From the NCBI GenBank assembly GCA_963736855.1, contig CAVTQK010000015.1, forward strand, positions 512,001-576,000: a DNA stretch of 64,000 nucleotides. The letters are read 5' to 3'. This document shows, in pieces, positions 56,686-64,000 of the stretch. Below the pieces are notes generated by a model. The model searched no databases and was not told the origin of the DNA. It was given only the letters and a program-made list of their open reading frames with translations. Numbering within the stretch: position 1 is the first letter of the stretch; every line of letters begins with the position of its first letter. The position numbers were made by a program, and so were the translations under genes. The DNA is from an uncultured delta proteobacterium (GTDB lineage Bacteria > Desulfobacterota > Desulfobacteria > Desulfobacterales > UBA2156).

Positions 56686-58503
56686 CTATAAAGCCTGACC
56701 TGTTTCGGTTTTCGACGATTCAGGTTCCGGGTTGGGAAAATGTAAAGTGAACGTGGACCCTTTTCCGGGTGCGCTTTCCACTGTAATATGACCTCCATGT
56801 GCCTGGATGATGTGTTTGACGATTGCAAGCCCCAACCCTGTCCCTCCGAGCTTTCGGCTTCTTGCCTTGTCCACCCGATAAAACCGTTCAAAAAGCCTGG
56901 GAATATGCTTTTTTTCGATTCCGATGCCTTCGTCCTTAAAAGAGATTTTCAGCTCGGATACTTCCATACGACCCTCAATTCGGATGACACTTCCTTCCGG
57001 GCTATATTTGATGGCATTGTCGAGGAGGTTGACGGCGGCTTGTTCGAAAAGAATGGAATCCATCTTCATCCTGGATGCATCGTCGCAAAGCCATTCGATC
57101 CGGATCTTTTTGGCCTCCGCTTCGGGTCTGCGGAGTTCTATGGCCTTTTGGATAATCTCTTTAACGCTGTGTGTTTGTTTCCCGATCCGGTTTGTCTCTC
57201 CGTTTTCTTCTATCCGGGCCAGCGTCAACAGATTTTCGATGATGGCATCCAACCGGTTGACGTGTTTTTCGACGATATCCAGGAACCGTTTGGTTTCTCC
57301 AGTATGATCTAGGGGGCTGTTAAGGAGCGTCTCAACAAATCCCTTGACCGCCGTCAGAGGTGTTTTGAGTTCATGGGAGACATTGGCTGCAAAATCTCGG
57401 CGGATGTTTTCCAGGCGGCGCAGTTGAGTCACATCACTGAGCATTAAAAGCGTACCCATATCGTGCCCTTGAACACCGTATATGCGACAGCCATGAACAT
57501 GGATCGTCCGTTCGCTACCGTTGCGATGAAAAGTAATGTCCTTTTCGGTTGGTGTCTCAGTGGAAATGACCTCCTGGATGAATTGCTCGAGATCCCGGTT
57601 GCGGATGAGTTCCAGGATGCTGAAATTTTTTTCGGGATCACGGGAAACTCCGAGAATATCCTGGGCGGCAACGTTTATTTTAATCACGCGTTGCTGGGAG
57701 TCCAGCGCGATAAGTCCTTCTCGCATGCTGGCCAGTATGGCTTCGATTTCGTTGTGCTGTTGAGAAATATCGATCATGCGTTTTCTGAGCTGTTGAGCCA
57801 TTCGATTCATTGCATCCGCCAGGCCGGCCATTTCATCCGTGTTCGCCATAGGAAGCCGATAATCCAGATCTCCTGAAGCAAATCGATTCGCACCCTGTTT
57901 CATGGCCTCAATGGGCATGCTGATTCTGCGGGAAATCCAAAGACTGAGTCCTGCCGCAGCCAGAAAGATAGCTATTCCTGCAAAGACTAGTCGGTTTCGA
58001 ATGCCATTGATCTGACCTTCGATGGTTGCCACCGCCAACGATGTCCGGATCACACCCTGAACCCGGCCGTTTAAGAGAACGGGAATGGCAACATACAGGA
58101 GCTTTTTCTGCAGGGTGTTGCTGAAGCGGATATTGGTTGCCATTTCACCTGCCATCGCTTTTCGGATCTCCGGTCGATCGGCGTGATTTTCCATCTTTTG
58201 AGGATTCACATAGGAATCCCCCAAAATCGTGCCATCTTGAGATATGACCGTGATTCGGCTCTTTGAGGCGTTGCCGGCCTCTTTACAAATTGCATCAATG
58301 GCTGAACCGTTTACCGGTGATAGGTGTTGGACTACCTGAACTTTAATGAGCTGACACCGTGTCTCGAGATCCGATGCCGATTGGTTGTAAAAAAAATTCT
58401 TCATGGCCCAAAAAGCATACCCGCCGGAAACGATTAGTGAGACAACCGCGATCAGGAGGGAAGCGAAAAACAGGATCCATGTCAGTCTTGCTTTTTTTTT
58501 CAT
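56686..58503 (-). CDS. phoR: Sensor histidine kinase PhoR
   Basis: ENHADRPE, HAMP, PAS, ANVSHELKTPLT, FERFYRVDKARSR, GGTGLGL. Confidence 0.9.
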   Translation of the reverse strand: MKKKARLTWILFFASLLIAVVSLIVSGGYAFWAMKNFFYNQSASDLETRCQLIKVQVVQHLSPVNGSAIDAICKEAGNASKSRITVISQDGTILGDSYVNPQKMENHADRPEIRKAMAGEMATNIRFSNTLQKKLLYVAIPVLLNGRVQGVIRTSLAVATIEGQINGIRNRLVFAGIAIFLAAAGLSLWISRRISMPIEAMKQGANRFASGDLDYRLPMANTDEMAGLADAMNRMAQQLRKRMIDISQQHNEIEAILASMREGLIALDSQQRVIKINVAAQDILGVSRDPEKNFSILELIRNRDLEQFIQEVISTETPTEKDITFHRNGSERTIHVHGCRIYGVQGHDMGTLLMLSDVTQLRRLENIRRDFAANVSHELKTPLTAVKGFVETLLNSPLDHTGETKRFLDIVEKHVNRLDAIIENLLTLARIEENGETNRIGKQTHSVKEIIQKAIELRRPEAEAKKIRIEWLCDDASRMKMDSILFEQAAVNLLDNAIKYSPEGSVIRIEGRMEVSELKISFKDEGIGIEKKHIPRLFERFYRVDKARSRKLGGTGLGLAIVKHIIQAHGGHITVESAPGKGSTFTLHFPNPEPESSKTETGQAL

Positions 58504-59192
58504 GGATTTTCCGTAAAGCGATAGCCTACCCCGCGGACGGTTTCAATATACTCTCCCAGCAGCCCCATTTTTTTCCTGAGACCTGCAATCTGTACATCGA
58601 CGCTTCGATCCGTGACAGCATAGTTGACACCTCTGACGGCATCGACGATCTGGGTGCGGGTGAAAACCCAGCCGGGACGTCTTGCCAGAAGCACCAGGAT
58701 TTCAAATTCCGTGTAAGTAAGCCGAATTTCTTCTCCGCGTGCATGGACCGTGTGCTTGAGTGTATTGATGGTCAACTCCCCCCATTCTATGAAAGAAGGT
58801 TTTTCCGTTACGGCGTCCTGCTTTCTTCTAAGAATTGAACGGACCCGGGCCAGAAGTATGCGGGGGCTGAACGGCTTGGTGACATAATCGTCTGCGCCCA
58901 TCTCCAGGCCGGTAACCACATCGGCTTCTTCACCCTTGGCGCTGAGCATCAGGATGGGCAGATGCCGGGTTTTGGAGTCTGTCTTAAGGGTTCTGGTTAC
59001 TTGAAGGCCGTCTATACCCGGAAGCATCAGGTCCAGGATTAAGAGGTCAAAAGATTCATTTGCGGCGGTTTTAATGGCGGTTTCTCCAGAAGCGGCACAG
59101 GTGATTTGAAACCCTTCCTTTTCCAGGTTATATCGCACCAATTCCAGGATGTCTTCCTCATCATCCACCACAAGAATCTTACCTTTGCTCAT
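58500..59192 (-). CDS. phoB: OmpR-family response regulator PhoB
   Basis: VVDDE, LDLMLPG, GADDYVTKPFS, TVRGVGY; in an operon with phoR and phoU. Confidence 0.9.
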   Translation of the reverse strand: MSKGKILVVDDEEDILELVRYNLEKEGFQITCAASGETAIKTAANESFDLLILDLMLPGIDGLQVTRTLKTDSKTRHLPILMLSAKGEEADVVTGLEMGADDYVTKPFSPRILLARVRSILRRKQDAVTEKPSFIEWGELTINTLKHTVHARGEEIRLTYTEFEILVLLARRPGWVFTRTQIVDAVRGVNYAVTDRSVDVQIAGLRKKMGLLGEYIETVRGVGYRFTENP

Positions 59193-59296
59193 CAGTTTTC
59201 CCTTTGAAAAAGAGAGATTTTGTTTTCGAAAGTCAACCAGGGTATCAATTTTTTAGCGATTGATCATATACACTCGCGATAAATTGTGTACGTTTT

Positions 59297-59333
59297 GTTA
59301 GGAATGGATCAAAAATACGTTAGATAAAGGTTA
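59297..59333 (-). promoter_or_regulatory. Candidate Pho box (TAAC repeats phased at 11 bp)
   Basis: GTTA at 59297, 59319 and 59330 (spacings 22 and 11) upstream of phoB. Confidence 0.5.
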
Positions 59334-59391
59334 CGATAAAGAATATCGGAGTTCAATCGTTTCCAAAAAGCACCGCTGGATCATTCGGAAT

Positions 59392-60459
59392 TCAGGATCC
59401 CTTTCCAAAGGGGCAGGCTGGGTAATGGCAGGTCGGACAATCCAGGCAGAGCCCTCCATGGGCGAGTCTGGCCAGATCCTTCGCATTCGGCCTTTCACCT
59501 GAAAGGATCCTGGGAAGGATGAGATCAAAAATGGTTGCTTTATGATACAAGGCACAGGCAGGGATCCCCATGATGGGAATATCTCCCCGGTAGGCCAAAA
59601 GAAACATGGCCCCCGGAAGTACTGCTGAACTGTAATACATCCGATCGACACCTGCCTTGTAAATCCCGATCCGGGTGACATCGTCAGGGTCAACGGACAT
59701 GCCGCCGGTAGTGACGATGAGATCGGCGCCTTGAGAGAGGAATCGCTTTAAATGATTGGCGATGTCATTCTCGTCATCCGGCAGGATGACCGTTTCCAAT
59801 AGCATGGAACCCATCTCCGTAACTTTATTCCGGACGATCCCTTCGAATCGATCCTCAATGATTCCCTGGTAGACCTCATTTCCGGTGATGATCAGATAGA
59901 CCTTATGCATGATAAAGGGCTTGACCGAGAAAATGGGAAAGTGGTGTTTTGCCAGTTCTAAGGCTTGATCCAGGACAGGACGTCGAATCACTAAGGGGAC
60001 AGCGCGGGTTCCTGCAAGCTTCTGACCTTTTTTGACCGGCGTATGGGTGTGGATGGAAGCACACATCACGTCCTGGATTTCATTCAAGGAAATGAGGGGA
60101 TCCACTTTCACAGTAAACAGGCCGTCCGTTGCAGCAAAAAGCTGAATTTTTCCTTCGGAGGGATTCGGGGTATAGGTCACGCCAGGGCCGGATAATGCCT
60201 CGGCAATTTCCAACACCGCTTCATCCTCATGAACCTCATCCTTTCCGAGTTCGAGAACATAGATATGTCGCTTGCCCAGGCGCATCAGGTGGCAAAGATC
60301 TCCGGCTTCGATTTTCTGGCCCCGATGAAAGGACGGCCCCTTGAACTTTCCGGGGATGATCTCCGTCATGTCATGGGGAATTGACAAGCCGACGGCATCT
60401 TCGATCTTGATTTTCTTTTGTGGCCTCTTGCAGGTCGGGTCGTCTTCGGGCTTCAGCAT
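59392..60459 (-). CDS. Molybdopterin-binding (MoeA-like) protein
   Basis: HDMTEI, TGNEV, TGGMSVDPDD, VLPGAM, GGLCLDCPTCHYPACPF. Confidence 0.85.
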   Translation of the reverse strand: MLKPEDDPTCKRPQKKIKIEDAVGLSIPHDMTEIIPGKFKGPSFHRGQKIEAGDLCHLMRLGKRHIYVLELGKDEVHEDEAVLEIAEALSGPGVTYTPNPSEGKIQLFAATDGLFTVKVDPLISLNEIQDVMCASIHTHTPVKKGQKLAGTRAVPLVIRRPVLDQALELAKHHFPIFSVKPFIMHKVYLIITGNEVYQGIIEDRFEGIVRNKVTEMGSMLLETVILPDDENDIANHLKRFLSQGADLIVTTGGMSVDPDDVTRIGIYKAGVDRMYYSSAVLPGAMFLLAYRGDIPIMGIPACALYHKATIFDLILPRILSGERPNAKDLARLAHGGLCLDCPTCHYPACPFGKGS

Positions 60460-60707
60460 AGTATTGTATCTCGGAATTTAAGAGATATAAGCTTTGGTCA
60501 TTAGAAAATAATATTGAATAATTATAATAGAATCATCTCTTTTGCACAAGCCCGATTCATCTAAATTTCGATTTGTCCTTGACTTAAAAAAGGTTTTTTG
60601 ATTGGATTAATAAAAAAAGAATTGTGGATCATTTTTCTGATCAACTCCCTGATCCCATCGAGCCCGGCAGAGCATCCTTCTTTATTCCCGCTTTAAGGAA
60701 GGAGTCC

Positions 60708-61307
60708 ATGAGCAAGAAAGAGGCGGCCTTGTCTGAAGATGATCTGAAGCCCTTCTGGAAAAAGGGGGTATTACCGATTCTTTTTATCGGCATCGGAATC
60801 ATCGTCGCCTTCCCCCTGTTCAGCATCACCTATTATACCATGGTCCGGACTTCGACACCCGGATTCTGCGCCTCCTGCCACGAGATTGAACCGGCTTATC
60901 AGGCATGGAAAATGTCCACCCATGTCAACAATGCCCAGGGCTTTGTCGCCGACTGCATGGACTGCCATCTCCCCGCTCCCCATGATACCTTCAATTTCTT
61001 TTTTACCAAGACGGCCCATGGCATCAAGGATGTCGTGATTCACTTCACGGGGAAGCCTTATGATCGGGAGGAGAATCGGCAGGCGGCGTATGCATCCTTT
61101 AAGAACGAGCAGTGCCAGAAGTGCCATCGGAACATCCTGAATATTCCCGATAAACGGGGCGCCATGCTGGCGCATCGGGATGTTCTCTATCCGCGGCCGG
61201 GATATGAAAAACGATGTGTGGATTGCCACAGAAACCTCGTTCACAACGACAGCCCGCTTTACCGGTATAAGCAGTACCAAACCGCATATCGGGGTTTGGG
61301 CTTATAG
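60708..61307 (+). CDS. NapC/NirT-family tetraheme quinol dehydrogenase
   Basis: N-terminal TM; CASCH, CMDCH, CQKCH, CVDCH. Confidence 0.9.
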   Translation: MSKKEAALSEDDLKPFWKKGVLPILFIGIGIIVAFPLFSITYYTMVRTSTPGFCASCHEIEPAYQAWKMSTHVNNAQGFVADCMDCHLPAPHDTFNFFFTKTAHGIKDVVIHFTGKPYDREENRQAAYASFKNEQCQKCHRNILNIPDKRGAMLAHRDVLYPRPGYEKRCVDCHRNLVHNDSPLYRYKQYQTAYRGLGL

Positions 61308-61365
61308 AAGCTTGAAAAAGCATCAAACGGAGATTATAACCCAGAAGGAGAAAGGGGGGCTTGCT

Positions 61366-62766
61366 ATGAAAAAAGGGGGGATTTTCGCCCTTTTAGCGGC
61401 AGGTATGGGGATGGCTCTGATGGTGTGGGTCGTACATGCGGATGCCCAGAACGCCGGTAACCTGCCGAAGGCCAAAGAGTTTAGAATCGAACGGAGCATG
61501 CCCAAGGAGGCGGTGGCCTGCATCGAATGCCACAAGCGGGAGCATCCGGGCCTGTTTGCGGACTGGGCCAATAGCCGGCACGCCAACGCCAACATTACCT
61601 GCTACGATTGCCACAAGGCCGAGGAGTTCGAACCGGATGTGAGCAAGGCGCATTACAAACAGTACCAGCGCTCCGATGTCAAATATGGGACCAAGGAATA
61701 CCGGGTTCCCGTGGCTGCAGCCGTGACACCCAAAGATTGTTCCCGATGCCATCCTGATGAAGCCAAACAGTACAGCCTGAGCAAACATGCCAATACGATG
61801 GAGATCATATGGAAGATCGATCTCTGGCTTCAGAAAGGCATGAACAGCGACTTCGAGCGGGCCAGCGGTTGCTATCACTGCCATGGAACGGTGTTGAAGA
61901 TGAAAGGGGATGTCCTTGATTCCGAGAGCTGGCCCAATGTGGGTGTGGGCCGCGTGAATTTCGACGGTAGCAAAGGGAGCTGCACAAGCTGTCATACCCG
62001 TCACCGGTTTTCCATTATGGAAGCCCGGAAACCCGAGGCCTGCGGACAATGCCACCTGGGGCCGGATCACCCCCAGATCGAAATCTACATGGAGTCCAAG
62101 CATGGCGATCTGTATACCGCCCATGGACATGAGTTCAATTGGAACGCCGCTCCCGGAACGTGGACTCCCGGGGTGGATTACCGAGGGCCCACCTGCGCCT
62201 CCTGCCATATGTCCGGGGCCGGTACCGTGATGACCAGCCACGATGTAACCGAAAGACTCTCCTGGGAGATCCAGGCGCCTCTGACGATTCGACCTTCGGA
62301 ATTTGCAGCTTTTCCCGCCAAGACCAACTGGCAGGTCGAACGGGATAAGATGAAGGTTGTCTGCATGCAATGCCATGGCAAAGTGTGGGTGGATGGACAT
62401 TATGACAAACTGGATAAGGTCGTGACGGAATACAACGAAAACTATTACAAACCCGCTAAAAAGATGTTCGACGATCTGAATGAGAAGAAACTCCTCGATT
62501 CCACTAAGTTTTTTGATGAAAGGCTCGAAGTGGAGTTTTACGAGCTGTGGCATCATGAGGGTCGCCGGGCCCGAATGGGTGCGGCCATGATGGCGCCGGA
62601 TTACACCTGGTGGCATGGATTTTATGAATGTAAAAATCGGTTCAATGCGTTCATGGAAGAGAGTCGGGACCTGATCCGGCATAACAAGAAGGCCTATGTG
62701 GCCACCGACTTCCCCAACGCCACAGGAACCACCGTTAGACCTAAGGAGGTATTCCCTAAGCCCTGA
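61366..62766 (+). CDS. Octaheme hydroxylamine oxidoreductase-family cytochrome c
   Basis: Signal peptide; 8 CxxCH; [27 protein letters not shown]. Confidence 0.9.
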   Translation: [466 protein letters not shown]

Positions 62767-62789
62767 GCCCTCTCCAAAGCCTCTTTTTC

Positions 62790-62826
62790 AAAACCCCGCC
62801 CAAAGTTAGGGCGGGGTTTTTATTTT
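62790..62826 (+). terminator. Rho-independent terminator
   Basis: AAAACCCCGCCC-aaagtta-GGGCGGGGTTTTT followed by T-rich sequence. Confidence 0.85.
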
Positions 62827-62959
62827 CACATATCTACGTCTAACGCATTCTTAACAAAAGGCTAGTTGTTCCTTAATAGAAGCTCTTTAATTTGCGATTT
62901 CATGAGGGGCGAGTCATAAAATTGATAACAATTGTCCACAGAAAGACAGACATAGAATT

Positions 62960-64000
62960 ATGCCGACCATTCTTTTGATCGTCGTCCTTTTGGGACTGTC
63001 ATCAGTTGGTTTCTATCTGGGTCGCCGTCGGGCTTTGGCCGTTGCCGATGGACCGTCAAAGAAGGTCACGCTTCATTCGCGGCCGATCTATTACGGCGCG
63101 TTAACAGCGTTATGGTGCGGGATTCCCGGCCTGCTCATATTTGGGTTTTGGCTGGCCTTTGAAGGAAACATGATCACCCGGATGGTGGTGGCCGATCTTC
63201 CGACAAAGTACGGAAATTTGCCGGAAGATCGAATCAATCTCCTGGTCAACGACATTAAAAACCAGGTGGAAGGCAACATCGTATCGATCAAGGAGGATCC
63301 GGATATTATCCAGGCCGCTCAACATTATCGAAATCTCCGATCCACCAGTCGGACTGCCCTAAGCGTTGCGATTCTATCTCTGGCGGTCGGAGGGATCATC
63401 CTGGTGTGGTCACGAATCAAACCTTCATTGAAGGCCCGAAACCATGTGGAAACGTTGGTTCAATGCATCCTCATCGTCTGCTCCACCATCGCGATTCTTA
63501 CCACCGTCGGTATCGTGCTTTCCGTACTCTATGAATCGATCCGCTTTTTCAAGGAAGTCCCTTTTCCTGATTTTCTCTTTGGCCTGGAGTGGTCCCCCCA
63601 GACCGCTATACGGAAGGATCAGGTGGGAAGCTCAGGCGCTTTCGGAGCGATTCCGGTCCTTTTGGGTACGGTCCTGATTTCCGCCATTGCCATGGTGGTG
63701 GCGGTTCCGGCGGGCCTTATGTCGGCCATTTACCTTTCAGAGTATGCCGGTTCGCGGTTTCGGGCGGTCGCAAAACCTCTGATCGAGATTTTAGCCGGAA
63801 TCCCCACGGTGGTATATGGATTTTTTGCCGCCCTCACCGTCGCCCCATTTATCCGGAATGCCGGCGGATATCTGGGGCTCGATGTTTCTTCAGAGAGCGC
63901 CCTGGCCGCCGGACTCGTCATGGGGATCATGATCATACCCTTTGTTTCTTCCCTTTCAGACGACTTCATCAATGCAGTTCCTCAATCTCTGCGGGACGGC
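62960..64000 (+). CDS. pstC: Phosphate ABC transporter permease PstC (partial, runs off window)
   Basis: Manual translation MPTILLIVV...LHSRPIYYG...FLFGLEWSPQ...AIYLSEYA...EILAGIPTVVYGFFA. Confidence 0.9.
   Translation, partial: MPTILLIVVLLGLSSVGFYLGRRRALAVADGPSKKVTLHSRPIYYGALTALWCGIPGLLIFGFWLAFEGNMITRMVVADLPTKYGNLPEDRINLLVNDIKNQVEGNIVSIKEDPDIIQAAQHYRNLRSTSRTALSVAILSLAVGGIILVWSRIKPSLKARNHVETLVQCILIVCSTIAILTTVGIVLSVLYESIRFFKEVPFPDFLFGLEWSPQTAIRKDQVGSSGAFGAIPVLLGTVLISAIAMVVAVPAGLMSAIYLSEYAGSRFRAVAKPLIEILAGIPTVVYGFFAALTVAPFIRNAGGYLGLDVSSESALAAGLVMGIMIIPFVSSLSDDFINAVPQSLRDG

Noticed and set aside
61393..62682. 429-aa antisense ORF over the octaheme cytochrome gene
   Set aside because: Shadow ORF of a strongly supported gene, with no recognisable motifs. 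The same applies to the many shorter overlapping ORFs in the track.
1..64000. CRISPR array, prophage or rRNA
   Set aside because: I saw no regularly spaced direct repeats, cas genes, phage structural genes or rRNA-like sequence.

Overview
64 kb of a bacterial chromosome. The gene content and intergenic repeat style suggest an anaerobic deltaproteobacterium (Desulfobacterota-like); this is inference. Most of the window is housekeeping and metal, sulfur or phosphate homeostasis: a cysteine desulfurase, meaB, znuABC, a DtxR-family regulator with feoAB, an ArsR regulator with a DUF318 permease, a cobalamin riboswitch ahead of btuB-exbBD-tonB, cysE-cysK, fumC, ubiA/ubiE, phoBR-phoU, napC plus an octaheme HAO-like cytochrome, and pstC. 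Highlights: (1) one polypeptide fusing a monoheme c domain, a 4-TM bundle, a cytochrome b5-like domain and an octaheme HAO-like cytochrome, which could be a transmembrane electron wire; (2) an in-frame TGA at a conserved Cys of the DUF318 permease, a probable selenoprotein that the ORF track splits in two; (3) an AT-rich 7-gene island beside tRNA-Lys encoding a synthase-type exopolysaccharide system (GT2, beta-helix protein, deacetylase, hydrolase-like protein, WecB, YaiO barrel), with a decayed group II intron 3' end directly upstream; (4) a CHASE2 adenylate cyclase divergent from a giant NHL-FN3-transglutaminase-TPR lipoprotein; (5) MITE-like palindromic repeats, a probable ATT start codon and a larA/SDR deletion scar. 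All calls come from reading motifs by eye; no searches were run.
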